64,000 nt of DNA from an uncultured Gemmatimonadales bacterium (GCA_963795085.1 CAWCFX010000006.1:328888-392887); one strand, 5' to 3'; numbered from the stretch's first letter, positions 49,600-59,377 are shown. A program made the numbers and translations. Notes: generated from the letters alone by a model not told the origin.

Positions 49600-50907
49600 C
49601 TAGTGTTTCATCGTGGACTCCGCCGGCATCACCCGGAGGTAGAGCGCCAGGCCGGCGGGGGTGCGGGTTCCGTAGGCCGCTTCCAGGGCGGCGGGGATCC
49701 GGCTCACCCCGACTCTGCCCCCAAGCCCGAAGCTGGCCTGCCCAATCCGTCCGATCTCGCGGAGCATGCCCGCAGAAATGCTGTAGATGTCAAAGCCGTC
49801 CGCTCCGGCGCCGGCGACCTGGAGATCCTCGGCATCCTTCTGTACGAAGCTGGCCCGGCCGAAGATGTTGTACTTCCCGGTGTGGAGGTTGGCCTCGAGC
49901 ACGGCGCTGTGCTCGAAGGCGTCCTCACCCGCGTGCCGGTTGGCGCCGTAGATGAGGGATGCCGAGAGATGGCCGGTCCGGGTCGGCTTGACGTGCATGA
50001 TGGACGCGCCGATCCGGTCCTGGGAGACGTCGGGCTCCAGTTCCTCGGGTGACTTGAGAAACCCGTACGAGGCGCTCATCGCCCAGGTGGACGACGGGTT
50101 GACCGTCAGCCGGCCGCCGTAGGAGTCCAGGGGGCGAAAGTCGAAATTGGTGCGTTCTTCGTCCGGCTCCCGGCCGTTGAATACGGTGCCTTCCAGCTTC
50201 CAGGTCCGGGTGAAGACCCCGGCCGTCACGACGCCGAAGGTGATGTGGGTGGCATCCTGCCAGTGGTGCGCCAGGGTGGCCAGCGGGTCCCCTTCCGCGG
50301 AGGCGCGGTGCATGAACGCGACCGGGCCGATCGCCGGCTCGCCCACCGGCGCCAGGTAGAGCGAGACTCCGAGGTGCTTCGACACCGGCCTTTCGTACAT
50401 GGCGGCGATTTCCATGAACAGATCGTGGGGATGCTGGCGGTCCACCAGCGGGCGCCCCCGGTAGGCTTCGCCGGACTGCAGCAGCAGGGGATAGCCGCTC
50501 CCGCCCAGGGTGTAGGGTTCCAGGCTGAGCATGCCGTGGAGATGCAGCAGCCCGCCGCCCAGCGGGCGCATCGCCATGACCATGCCCCAGTTGGTGCTGC
50601 CGACCTGGGTGTCACCGCGGGGCCCGCCCTGGTGATTGTAGATCAGGAAGGCCTGCCCGTGGACCATCATGCTCCATTGCCCGGCCATCCAGTGCCAGGC
50701 GTTCATCGGCGAGGCATCGGGGAGCCAGCTGGTGCCGGACCCCATGCGGGTATGGGGAATGCCGAGGGGCCCGTCCAGGCCGGGCATCGGGGTGGCGGTC
50801 TCGCCCGCCATGTTGTGTTGTTCATGCTGCGCCCGCAGGGAGCCGGGCAGACCTCCCAGGAGCAGCAACAGCGCCGCCATGCGGGCGGGCGTTGGTGAGA
50901 TTTTCAC
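49600..50907 (-). CDS. secreted/outer-membrane protein, His/Met-rich N-terminus (probable beta-barrel; metal-island associated)
   Basis: Signal peptide ...LRAQHEQHNMAGE, and a strand-rich body ending in alternating-pattern strands. No named family recognised. Confidence 0.62.
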   Translation of the reverse strand: MKISPTPARMAALLLLLGGLPGSLRAQHEQHNMAGETATPMPGLDGPLGIPHTRMGSGTSWLPDASPMNAWHWMAGQWSMMVHGQAFLIYNHQGGPRGDTQVGSTNWGMVMAMRPLGGGLLHLHGMLSLEPYTLGGSGYPLLLQSGEAYRGRPLVDRQHPHDLFMEIAAMYERPVSKHLGVSLYLAPVGEPAIGPVAFMHRASAEGDPLATLAHHWQDATHITFGVVTAGVFTRTWKLEGTVFNGREPDEERTNFDFRPLDSYGGRLTVNPSSTWAMSASYGFLKSPEELEPDVSQDRIGASIMHVKPTRTGHLSASLIYGANRHAGEDAFEHSAVLEANLHTGKYNIFGRASFVQKDAEDLQVAGAGADGFDIYSISAGMLREIGRIGQASFGLGGRVGVSRIPAALEAAYGTRTPAGLALYLRVMPAESTMKH

Positions 50908-50950
50908 AGGACCCTCCAGACCGAAGTTGAACGAAGAACGCGAGGCTCGA

Positions 50951-51286
50951 TCAGGAGAGTCGTTGAGGTGGCGGCGAGAGTGGCGGGATATGGTGGGATA
51001 TCAGCACCCGGACCGGTGTGGCAATCCGGGCTGGCCCCGGCAGGGCTGCCGGGGCCGGCGTCGCAGCACCGACGGCGGGGGAGTGCGCGAGACATCCGGC
51101 ATGGCCGGCGCATTCCACCGGCGGACAGTGCTGGCAGTCATCCGGAGCCGGGGCCACCATGCCCTGGCCGGCGCCGGAGTCCGAATGCCCCGAATGGGGC
51201 GATGCCGCCTGGACACAATGGTCGGCGGCCGCAGCCGGCAAGGGCGGCCACGAAAGGAGGCTCAGCAGGAGCATGACCAGCTTCAT
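50951..51286 (-). CDS. small secreted Cys/His-rich protein (putative metal-binding)
   Basis: Signal peptide MKLVMLLLSLLSWPPLPAAAA, then HCVQAASPHSGHSDS...CQHCPPVECAGHAGC. 4-nt overlap with the csoR stop. Confidence 0.45.
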   Translation of the reverse strand: MKLVMLLLSLLSWPPLPAAAADHCVQAASPHSGHSDSGAGQGMVAPAPDDCQHCPPVECAGHAGCLAHSPAVGAATPAPAALPGPARIATPVRVLISHHIPPLSPPPQRLS

Positions 51287-51591
51287 CGGGTGTTCTTGTA
51301 CATCAGGTCCACCAGCTCGTCATACATCGACTCGGCTTCCTCGTTCCCGACCCGGATGGCCGAGGTGGCGCAGTGCTTGAGATGGTTGCGCAACAACTCC
51401 CGGCCGACCGCCCGGAGCGCTTCCTGGACCGAGCTGATCTGGGTCAGGATGTCGGCGCAGTAGCGGTCCTCCTCTACCATCTTTTGCAGCCCCCGGACCT
51501 GGCCTTCGATCCGGCGCAGCCGCTTCAGATTCCGGTCGCGGAGATCTGGTTCAACGGCGACGGCATGGCGGGGTTCAGGGGTGCTTTTCAT
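51283..51591 (-). CDS. csoR: CsoR/RcnR family metal-sensing transcriptional repressor
   Basis: Start ATG 51591. LKRLRRIEGQVRGLQKMVEEDRYCADILTQISSVQ...LKHC carries the C-H-C ligand set of copper-sensing CsoR. Confidence 0.85.
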   Translation of the reverse strand: MKSTPEPRHAVAVEPDLRDRNLKRLRRIEGQVRGLQKMVEEDRYCADILTQISSVQEALRAVGRELLRNHLKHCATSAIRVGNEEAESMYDELVDLMYKNTR

Positions 51592-51697
51592 GCAACGCCT
51601 CCTGGTGCCCATCAGGAGCGACGGGCGTTGGTAGTGTCCTTGTTCCTCGTTCCGAGGCGCCTGCCCCACCCACCCGGTTTGCGCCCATCTCCATCTC

Positions 51698-51937
51698 GGC
51701 GCCTCGAACTTCGACGTCCGACGGCGCCTGACGCTCGCACCCGGTTGTGCGCGCGTATCCACCGCGTCGCCTCAACTCTCCGAGGCGCATTAACGCAGAG
51801 GGCGCCGGGGAAAATCACGAGATCGCAAGGCTACAAAATCATCTTCTGCCATTCTGCGATCTCTCAGTCGGTTCAGCGCTCTCGGCGTTAAGGCGCCTCG
51901 GACTTCGACGGTCCGGTGGTGCCTGACGCACGCACCC
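51698..51937 (+). repeat. two copies of an approx. 46-nt GGCGCC-containing element (51698-51742 and 51892-51937) flanking an AT-richer core with a 9-bp inverted repeat
   Basis: ggcgcctcgaacttcgacgtccgacggcgcctgacgctcgcaccc versus ggcgcctcggacttcgacggtccggtggtgcctgacgcacgcacccc. GAGATCGCA (51819)...TGCGATCTC (51865). Confidence 0.7.
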
Positions 51938-51949
51938 CGAAGAAAAGCA

Positions 51950-54313
51950 TCAAGCCTGGCTCGCCTTCAACCGCCGCAACCGCAGGCTGTTCCCCACCAC
52001 GCTGACGCTGCTGAACGCCATTGCGGCGCTGGCCAGAATGGGACTCAGCAGCAGCCCGAACGCAGGGTAGAGGATACCGGCGGCCACCGGGATCCCCACC
52101 ACGTTGTAGATGAAGGCCCAGAACAGGTTCTGCTTCATGGTCCGCATGCTGCGCCGGGACAAGTGAATGGCCCGGACCACGCCGGCCACGTCCGGCCGCA
52201 TCAGGGTGATGTCGCTCGCCTCCCGCGCGACGTCCGTCCCGCTGCCCATGGCGATCCCCACGTCCGCCTGGGCCAGCGCGGGCCCATCGTTGATACCGTC
52301 GCCCACCATCGCCACGACCTCGCCCCGCTCCTGGCGACGCTTGATCTCGGCGACTTTGCCCTCCGGCGTGACCCCGGCCACGACCTGCTCCACTCCGGCT
52401 TCCCGGGCGATGGCGCGGGCCGTTCGCTCGTTGTCTCCGGTGACGATGAGGGTCTTGAGCCCGAGCTGCTGGAGGCGGGCAATGGCCTCCCGGCTACCCG
52501 GCTTGATGGGGTCCGCCACCGCGATGAGCGCGGCCAGCGACCCGTTCAGATTGACGTACATGGGAGTCTTCCCCTCATCCGCCAGCCGTTCCCAGTCCGC
52601 CCGTGCCTCCTCCACGGCGACGCCGTATTCGGCCATCAGGCCGGCGTTTCCCACCGCCATGGCCACACCGGACACGATGCCGGTGGCTCCCTGCCCGGTG
52701 ACCGAGTTGAAGTTCTCCGGTTCCGCCAGCGGCAGGCTCCGCTTCTCAGCCTCCGCCACGACGGCGGACGCAAGCGGGTGCTCGGAACGGGATTCCAGCG
52801 AGGCGACCAGCTCGAGCACCCGGTTCTCGGTCCACGCCGCACCACGCACCAGGATATCGGTGACGGCAGGTTTCCCCTCGGTCACCGTCCCGGTCTTGTC
52901 CAGCACGACCGTGGTCAGGGAACCGGCCCGCTGCAGGGCCTCGCCGCCCTTGATCAGGATGCCCCACTGGGCGCCCTTGCCGGTCGCCACCATGACCGCG
53001 GTGGGAACGGCCAGGCCCATCGCGCAGGGACAGGCGATGATGAGTACCGCCACGGCCGCCGCGAACCCGCGCACCAGCGGCGCTGTGGGGTCGAGCAGGT
53101 ACCACGCGACGAACGTCGCGATGGCGATCGAAATCACCACCGGCACGAACACCGCGCTGATCCGGTCGGCCAGGCCCTGGATCGGGGCCCGGCTGCCCTG
53201 GGCTTCCCGCATCAGCTTCACGATCCGCTGGATGGTGCTGTCGGCGCCGAGGGCGACGACCCGGACCTGGAGCGCCCCGGTGCTGTTCATGGTTCCACCC
53301 GCGACCCGGTCGCCCGGACCCTTGGCCACCGGCATGGACTCCCCGCTCAGCATGCTCTCGTCCACGGCGCTGCCGCCGGTGGTCACCTCGCCGTCCACCG
53401 GGACCCGTTCACCCGGGCGGATCACCACCACGTCCTCCAGGCGGACCTCGTCGATCGGCAGATCGCGCTCCTGCCCGTCCCGGATCACCCGGGCCGTCCC
53501 CGGCTGCAGCGCGATCAGGCCGCGCAGCGCCACCGAGGTCTGCCGCTTGGCCCGGGCTTCCATCGCGTTGCCCACCAGGATGAGGCCGATAATGATCACG
53601 ATGGCCTCGTAGTACACGTCCGGCGGCACCCCATGGGAGAGAAAGAACCCGGGGAAAAAGGTGGCGGCCAGGGAGAAGACAAAGGCCGCCCCGGTTCCCA
53701 CCGCGATCAGCGTGTTCATGTCGGCGGCATGATGGCGGAAGGCGTTCCAAGCACGAGTGTAGAAATGCCGGCCGGCCCAGCCCATGATGACCAGCGTGAT
53801 CGTAAGCAGGACCCCCAGGAGGACGCTGCGATCCAGCGCGTAGAGCCAGGGAAGGGCCCGCTCCAGCGGTGGAGTCAGGCTGTGCATGGCCCACCGCATG
53901 AAGGGGTCGCTGGTGGCGGCACCGTGCTCGCCGCCCGCCATGAGCGGCATGGAGAAGAGCATGGCGATGGCTGCCGCCACCAGGCTCACCACCGCCTTCA
54001 GCCGGTATTCCCGGAACTCCTCCTGCTGCGCCAGGTCGTGCGCCTCCTGGTCCTCCACCGCGGTCCGGCCTTCGACCGGCAGCTCGGCACCATACCCGGT
54101 GGCCTTCACCGCCTCTACCAGCCGGTCAGGCGAGGTCGTCTCGGGATCAAAGGTGATGGTGGCGTTGGAGGTCATCAGGTTGACCGTCGCGTCCGCGACC
54201 CCGGGCGTGCGGACCAGCGCCTGCTGCACGTGAGCCTGGCACCCGGCGCAGGTCATCCCGCTGACGGGGAGCGTCACCGTAGCCGGCGGTTTCTTCGTCT
54301 CAGTTGGCATCAT
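51950..54313 (-). CDS. copA: copper-translocating P1B-type ATPase
   Basis: N-terminal HMA domain ([11 protein letters not shown]), CPC in TM6, DKTGT phosphorylation site, [10 protein letters not shown]. Confidence 0.95.
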   Translation of the reverse strand: MMPTETKKPPATVTLPVSGMTCAGCQAHVQQALVRTPGVADATVNLMTSNATITFDPETTSPDRLVEAVKATGYGAELPVEGRTAVEDQEAHDLAQQEEFREYRLKAVVSLVAAAIAMLFSMPLMAGGEHGAATSDPFMRWAMHSLTPPLERALPWLYALDRSVLLGVLLTITLVIMGWAGRHFYTRAWNAFRHHAADMNTLIAVGTGAAFVFSLAATFFPGFFLSHGVPPDVYYEAIVIIIGLILVGNAMEARAKRQTSVALRGLIALQPGTARVIRDGQERDLPIDEVRLEDVVVIRPGERVPVDGEVTTGGSAVDESMLSGESMPVAKGPGDRVAGGTMNSTGALQVRVVALGADSTIQRIVKLMREAQGSRAPIQGLADRISAVFVPVVISIAIATFVAWYLLDPTAPLVRGFAAAVAVLIIACPCAMGLAVPTAVMVATGKGAQWGILIKGGEALQRAGSLTTVVLDKTGTVTEGKPAVTDILVRGAAWTENRVLELVASLESRSEHPLASAVVAEAEKRSLPLAEPENFNSVTGQGATGIVSGVAMAVGNAGLMAEYGVAVEEARADWERLADEGKTPMYVNLNGSLAALIAVADPIKPGSREAIARLQQLGLKTLIVTGDNERTARAIAREAGVEQVVAGVTPEGKVAEIKRRQERGEVVAMVGDGINDGPALAQADVGIAMGSGTDVAREASDITLMRPDVAGVVRAIHLSRRSMRTMKQNLFWAFIYNVVGIPVAAGILYPAFGLLLSPILASAAMAFSSVSVVGNSLRLRRLKASQA

Positions 54314-54691
54314 TCACTCCACGATGAGCTTGCCCCGCAGCATGCTCATGCCACAGGTAAACTCAAAGGTGCCCGGCGTGTCCGGAGTGAACTCAACGGC
54401 GGTCTGCTGGTATGCCGGGAGAAACTTGCGGATGCCGAAATCGGGGAAAACGATCTCTTCGCTGCAGCTGGACGTTTCCTGGCGGTCAAAGGTCAGCCGA
54501 ACCGGCTGGCCCTGCTTCACGCGGATCACGGCGGGATCGTACCCGCCAAGCACGGCAATCGTGGCGCGCTGGATACCGCGGTCCCCCGCCTCGGCAACCG
54601 CCGCCTTGCGCCCCGCCAGGAAGAAGTACCAGTTGACCCACAGAATGGCGGCGGCGCCGCCGATCAGAACCATCCATTGTATCCCTGTCAT
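54314..54691 (-). CDS. cupredoxin-like domain protein (membrane-anchored)
   Basis: N-terminal TM helix plus an approx. 90-aa beta domain ending FEFTCGMSMLRGKLIVE (Cys/Met ligands). The stop abuts the copA ATG. Confidence 0.7.
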   Translation of the reverse strand: MTGIQWMVLIGGAAAILWVNWYFFLAGRKAAVAEAGDRGIQRATIAVLGGYDPAVIRVKQGQPVRLTFDRQETSSCSEEIVFPDFGIRKFLPAYQQTAVEFTPDTPGTFEFTCGMSMLRGKLIVE

Positions 54692-54702
54692 GGCCTGCTC
54701 CT

Positions 54703-54734
54703 ATACCCTGGTGGGGTATATACTACGATACCCC
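54703..54734. promoter_or_regulatory. candidate CsoR operator(s): ATACCC-N5-GGGTAT plus an adjacent GGGGTAT-N8-ATACCCC
   Basis: ataccctggtggggtatatactacgatacccc lies 12-44 nt upstream of the cupredoxin-copA start. It is a G/C-cored pseudo-palindrome of the type reported for CsoR operators (from memory). Confidence 0.55.
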
Positions 54735-54882
54735 CACCCCCTATGTCAAGCCCAGCTTCAAGACCCCGGCCCCGCACCCCACCCAGCGTGAGGAGCGTCA
54801 CTCCGCTCTGCCGAGGACTCGTGCATTGTCTGGAACAGCAAGCCCGAACTCCAGATGGCCCTCAACCACTTGGCGAGGCTCT

Positions 54883-55131
54883 ATGCCCAGGAAAGACCAG
54901 GACGAGAATACTTCCGCACCCTTTGTCCGGATGGATCCGGAGCAGCGCAGGCAGTTCGAAGAGGGAGGTCCGCTCAAGCACGAGGACGACCGGGTGACCG
55001 AAGTGGAGTTCGACGCGGATGACCCCCGGGACGAGGACCGCATGGGCCGCCATGCCCAGCCGGAGAGCGAGGAGTTGCGGGAGGAAAAGGCGGCGGAGGT
55101 CGATGAGTCGGGGCCGCCCAGAGAGAGGTAG
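54883..55131 (+). CDS. hypothetical small acidic protein
   Basis: 82 aa from ATG 54883 (MPRKDQDENTSAPFVRMDPEQRRQFEE...). Highly charged, with no homology recognised. Could be non-coding. Confidence 0.3.
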   Translation: MPRKDQDENTSAPFVRMDPEQRRQFEEGGPLKHEDDRVTEVEFDADDPRDEDRMGRHAQPESEELREEKAAEVDESGPPRER

Positions 55132-55139
55132 GCGGCGGT

Positions 55140-55676
55140 CTAGCCGGACCGCGCAGTCTTGAGCAACGCACCCACCAGGCCGTCGTGGTCCAGCCGGCCC
55201 GGGTAGCGCTGGCCATTCAAGAATACGGTGGGGGTGCCCTTGACCCCGCTCCGGATCCCGCCCAGCATGTCGGCCCGGACCCGGTCGCGGTGCGCACCGG
55301 CGGCCATCTCCCGGTTGAATTGCTTCAGGTCCAGCCTGGCTTTCTTCGCCAGCCGGGAAAAATCCTCCGCCAACTCGCCTCCGGCCTGGTACAACTGGTC
55401 CACCATCTCCCAGAACCGGCCCTGGCTGGCGGCGGCCTCCGCCGCTTCGGCGGCCCGTTGTGCGTGGGGGTGACCGGGCAGCGGGAAATGCCGGAAGACC
55501 ACCCGCAGCGAGTCGCCCAGTTCCCGCGCGATGTCGCTGATGACCGGGTGCGCGAGCGCGCAGTGGGGGCACTGGAAGTCGCCGTACTCCACCAGCGTAA
55601 GCGGGGCCTCAGGCCGCCCCCTGGCGTGGTCCCGCGACGAGACCGGCACCACCAGCTCCGGCCCGGCCACCGTCAC
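55140..55676 (-). CDS. DsbA-family thioredoxin-fold protein
   Basis: CPHC active site (VEYGDFQCPHCA). GTG 55676 gives a GTGA overlap with the upstream stop; the listed ORF starts at 55712. Confidence 0.8.
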   Translation of the reverse strand: MTVAGPELVVPVSSRDHARGRPEAPLTLVEYGDFQCPHCALAHPVISDIARELGDSLRVVFRHFPLPGHPHAQRAAEAAEAAASQGRFWEMVDQLYQAGGELAEDFSRLAKKARLDLKQFNREMAAGAHRDRVRADMLGGIRSGVKGTPTVFLNGQRYPGRLDHDGLVGALLKTARSG

Positions 55677-56692
55677 GAACCCCTCACCGGCAGTTCGGCG
55701 GCGATGACCCATGGGGCGGCCCGGTCATGCAGGGCCTCGACCAGCCCGACCATGGGCAGTTTCTTCCGCGGCTTGACTGAATACTCCAAAACCGTCTGCG
55801 ACCCGCCCTGGTCCGGGCTGCGGCGCAGCTTGAAGCCCTTGGTGCATTCGCTCAGGACCCGCTCGATCGCGGGCTGCGCCTCCTCCGGGTCCGTCACATA
55901 GATCCGGATCCGCTCGGCCCGCTTTTTCGCCCTGACCGGTTCCGGATCTCCTCCACCCAGTGCCAGCAGCGTGGTGTCTGCGGAGGGGTGCCCGGCCGAC
56001 GCGTCCCCGCCCGCCTCGACGGCGGCCTCCCCGGCTGCCGGCATCGGCATACAGAGCATGCCGAAGGTCCGCTCATGGTCGGCGGTCAAGTCCAGCTTCC
56101 AGAGCAGCAGTTCCAGGGCGCTGAAGAAGAGGGAGAGGAAACTTGCGATCGCGAGCTGGCCCACCCCGGCGGCGAACCCGATGCCGACGGCGGCAAAGAT
56201 ATAGACCGCGTCGCGGGAGTCTTTCAGATTGTTGCGGAACCGGACGGCGGCCACGATGCCGGCCAGGCTGAACGCCAGCGCCAGGCTGTTCTGCACCACG
56301 ATGAGAATCGCGGTGATCACCACCGGCAGCATGATGACCGTCTGGACGAGCGATTGGTCGTACTTGAGGCTGTTGCGGGTCCGCACGTACACGAACGCCA
56401 CCGGCAGCGCGAGGAGAAACGCGCCCACCACGGCGGCGGCGCCGGCGGCCAGCGGAGGCAGGGTGCGCAGGAGGGGGGCCAGCAGATGCCCCTGGAGGTC
56501 GCCGGGCGCCAGGTCCTGCGCGGCTTCCATGCCTTTCATGCCGCCGGTGAGCACGATCAGGCCGGCCACGATGACCAGTACGACCAGGTAGTAGAGCGAC
56601 AGCCGGCCCAGCGTGGTCCGCCCGACCCGGCGGCCGCCCTCGTTCACTCCCAGCCGCCGGGCCAGGCGCTCGATGCGGGTTGAGTCCGCCAC
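55673..56692 (-). CDS. DUF4956 domain membrane protein
   Basis: Core LVQTVIMLPVVITAILIVVQNSLALAFSLAGIVAAVRFRNNLKDSRDAVYIFAAVGIGFAAG matches the DUF4956 pattern (from memory). The C-terminal soluble part is uncharacterised. Confidence 0.68.
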   Translation of the reverse strand: MADSTRIERLARRLGVNEGGRRVGRTTLGRLSLYYLVVLVIVAGLIVLTGGMKGMEAAQDLAPGDLQGHLLAPLLRTLPPLAAGAAAVVGAFLLALPVAFVYVRTRNSLKYDQSLVQTVIMLPVVITAILIVVQNSLALAFSLAGIVAAVRFRNNLKDSRDAVYIFAAVGIGFAAGVGQLAIASFLSLFFSALELLLWKLDLTADHERTFGMLCMPMPAAGEAAVEAGGDASAGHPSADTTLLALGGGDPEPVRAKKRAERIRIYVTDPEEAQPAIERVLSECTKGFKLRRSPDQGGSQTVLEYSVKPRKKLPMVGLVEALHDRAAPWVIAAELPVRGS

Positions 56693-56724
56693 TGCTGCCT
56701 TCCCTGTGGGATAGGGTACAGCTT

Positions 56725-56861
56725 AGTGGGAAAGTGGGTCAGGGGGGAAGTGGGACAGTGGGTCAGTGGGTCAGTGGGATCAGTGGGTCAGTGGGTCAGT
56801 GGGTCAGTGGGTCAGTGGGTCAGTGGGTCAGTGGGACAGTGGGTCAGTGGGTCAGTGGGTC
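56725..56861 (+). repeat. (AGTGGGTC) octamer array of about 17 units, same family as 37611-37748
   Basis: Read directly, with a few variant units (agtgggaa, agtgggac, one 9-mer). Begins about 33 nt upstream of the DUF4956 start codon. Confidence 0.95.
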
Positions 56862-56925
56862 AGTGGGGCAAGGGGGCAAGGGGGCCAAGGGGGCAAGGGC
56901 GCCAAGGGGGCCAAGGGGGCAAGAG
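56862..56925 (+). repeat. (AAGGGGGC / CAAGGGGGC) array of about 7 units
   Basis: agtggggc aagggggc aagggggcc aagggggc aagggcgcc aagggggcc aagggggc aagag. Confidence 0.9.
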
Positions 56926-56970
56926 TGGCAGCAGCACAGGGGGATACTGGGTCAGGCTGTCAGGGTGCTC

Positions 56971-57052
56971 CCGCCCTGTTCCTACCGCCCTGTTCCTACC
57001 GCCCTGTTTCTACCGCCCTTCTTACCGCCCAGTTCTCCCGCCCTGTTCTTTA
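56971..57052 (+). repeat. 12-15-mer array (CCGCCCTGTTCCTA family, 6 units) ending on the stop codon of the downstream minus-strand gene
   Basis: ccgccctgttccta x2, ccgccctgtttcta, ccgcccttctta, ccgcccagttctc, ccgccctgttcttta. On the minus strand five of the six units begin with TAG or TAA (the ccgcccagttctc unit does not). Confidence 0.9.
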
Positions 57053-59377
57053 CATCCGGAACAGGTAGCTCGCCTTGACGAAGAAGTTGTCGCTGGTGCG
57101 GCGGAACTGGTACCGGTTGGGGACCAGTTCGTCCTCCAGCCGCTGGCGCGTGCTGCCGTAGCCGGCGAAGAACACGGTGCCCGGATTGGGCCGGTAGCTG
57201 AACAGCACGTCGGCCCGGAACCGGCGCTGCTCCTCCACCTGGGTGGGCTGCCCGTTGATCAGGATGGGAAAGCCGGATCGGGTCGCGTCGCGCAGGGCGT
57301 CGGTCCACTGGTCGGCCCATTCGCCGATGAGGCGGACGAAGAAGGGCCGGGAGACCTGGTACTCCAGCTTGACCCGGGGGATCCGCTGCAGGTCCACCAG
57401 GCTTCCGTCGGTCCGGCGGTTGACCTGCTGGTGCTGGTAGCTGACGTCCAGCCGCAACTGGTCGGTGGGGCGGTAGGTCAGGCCGCCATTGATGATGAAC
57501 AACTCGCCGGAGGCCCACTCGAAGAAGTTCTCGTCATATCCATAGAGCGAGAAGGCATTGGCCGAGAACTGCGCGAACTGGGGCGTGCTGAAGGAGGCGA
57601 CCAGGTCGAAATTCGGAATATCCCGGGTCTGGGGTCCGGTCCAGGGGACAGACGTCCCGGCCGAGTCCAGCGCATAGCCCCGGTAGATGTCGCCATCGTA
57701 GCCGAAGGTTTCGATCAGCGCCGCGGCGCTGGCGTTCCAGCCGCCGCGCAGGGTGGCCGCCGTGTTGAAATGCAGCTTGTTATCCAGTGACTCCTGCCCG
57801 TGGATGAAGTCCTGGTACTTCCAGGTGCCGTGCAGCTGCACGTCCTGGGTGACCCGCTCGAAGAAGGACCCGGGCCGCCGGTTCCAGGTCAGCGAGTGCA
57901 CCACCACCGCGTTGACGATGTTGCGGCGCCCGATGAACCCGCTCTGGGCCGAGAACTGGTCGCCGATGGCGTTGATGGAGTAGCGCATGCCGAACTTCCG
58001 ACCGTTCCTGGTAAAGCGTGCGAACCAGAGGGGGCCGTCGGTGGTCGTGCCGAGGAACCGGGTGCGGCTGCCGGCGACCTGGAACTGCGCCTGGTAGATC
58101 CCCCGGAAGACGAACCGCCCGTCCAGGCCGAGGACCCGGTTGTAGTTGTCGCCGTCCACCTTGTCGGTATAGACGAGGCCGATCCGGGACCGGGCGCCCA
58201 CGTCCCGCTGGAGTCGGAGGATGTTGTAGAGGGGGCGGTCGTCGCCGGTGAAGGAGACGTCCCGATCATCCGCCGCGGAGAGCAGGCCGACGTTGGCGCC
58301 GAACGCGGTGCCGGTCAGCTTCACCGCGCCGAGCGGCTGGACCACCCGCCGGGTATAGATGAGGGAATTGGGCGTATTGAACTGCTCGCTCCCGTCCAGG
58401 AAGAAAGGCCGCTTCTCCGAGAAGAAGAGCGCCTGGCGGGGGTCGAAGGTGACCTGCCCCGCGTCCGACTCGATCTGGGCGAAATCGGGATTAGCCGTGC
58501 CGTTCAGGGTCAGGTTGTTGGTGATGCCCCAGCGGACGTTGCCGCCGATCTCGGGATCCTGCCGGTCGTAGTTCCAGTCGCCGTTGGTCCCCGGGGCCCC
58601 GTCCACCCGGGCGGTCAGCTCAGGCTGGAGGTCGAGCACCAGGCCGCGCCGCAGGCCGGTGAGACCGACGAGGTGACCGGACTGGGAAAGGAAAGACGCG
58701 TTGTCCCGGCGGGCGGGCACCCAGGAGTCTTCGTAGCCGGAGTGCTGCACCCGGCGCACGATATTGATGCCCCAGGCCTGCTCGTTTGCGGCCTGGTAGC
58801 GAAGGCTCTTGAAGGGAATTCTGACCTCGACCTCGTATCCATACGGGGTGAGGCGGCCCTTGGACTGAAAGACGAAGTCGGGGTTGAGGTCGGTGGGATC
58901 CCGGGACACGCTGCCGCCGCCGAAAATACCGGTGGTCCCGGCTCGGCCCGTCTCGACCAGGGCCCCGTCAGCCTGCACCCCGAGCGGGTTGACCATGAAC
59001 ACGGTCGCCTGCCGGCCGTCGTTGAACGTACCGAGCAGCAGCTGGACATGGTCGTCCGCGAAGATGCGGTCCCGGTCCGCCAGGGTGGCGCGGACGGCGC
59101 CGTGCGCCTCAAACGCGCGAATGCCGAAGTAGATCGCGCTGGGCGAGTACCAGACCAGGACCTCGGTCGAATCGGACGCAGGGGCGCCATCATTGGGAGC
59201 AAACTGGGAGAAGCCCGTCAGCATTCCGGCCCGGCTCCAGGCCAGCTCGTCCAGTGAGCCGTCGATGGTGACCTCGGCGTCGAACCGGGGAATCTGGACC
59301 TCGAGCCGGTTATCCCGGCCATGGTACACGGAGATGGTATCCTGCAGGGCCAACTGGGCAACCAGGAGGAGCAGCAT
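57050..59377 (-). CDS. DUF5916/CBM9-like domain protein (large secreted, probable outer-membrane-associated hydrolase-like protein)
   Basis: 775 aa. N-terminal region IDGSLDELAWSRAGMLTGFSQFAPNDG...IYFGIRAF is CBM9-like, and the long strand-rich C-terminus ends ...FFVKASYLFRM. Confidence 0.75.
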   Translation of the reverse strand: MLLLLVAQLALQDTISVYHGRDNRLEVQIPRFDAEVTIDGSLDELAWSRAGMLTGFSQFAPNDGAPASDSTEVLVWYSPSAIYFGIRAFEAHGAVRATLADRDRIFADDHVQLLLGTFNDGRQATVFMVNPLGVQADGALVETGRAGTTGIFGGGSVSRDPTDLNPDFVFQSKGRLTPYGYEVEVRIPFKSLRYQAANEQAWGINIVRRVQHSGYEDSWVPARRDNASFLSQSGHLVGLTGLRRGLVLDLQPELTARVDGAPGTNGDWNYDRQDPEIGGNVRWGITNNLTLNGTANPDFAQIESDAGQVTFDPRQALFFSEKRPFFLDGSEQFNTPNSLIYTRRVVQPLGAVKLTGTAFGANVGLLSAADDRDVSFTGDDRPLYNILRLQRDVGARSRIGLVYTDKVDGDNYNRVLGLDGRFVFRGIYQAQFQVAGSRTRFLGTTTDGPLWFARFTRNGRKFGMRYSINAIGDQFSAQSGFIGRRNIVNAVVVHSLTWNRRPGSFFERVTQDVQLHGTWKYQDFIHGQESLDNKLHFNTAATLRGGWNASAAALIETFGYDGDIYRGYALDSAGTSVPWTGPQTRDIPNFDLVASFSTPQFAQFSANAFSLYGYDENFFEWASGELFIINGGLTYRPTDQLRLDVSYQHQQVNRRTDGSLVDLQRIPRVKLEYQVSRPFFVRLIGEWADQWTDALRDATRSGFPILINGQPTQVEEQRRFRADVLFSYRPNPGTVFFAGYGSTRQRLEDELVPNRYQFRRTSDNFFVKASYLFRM

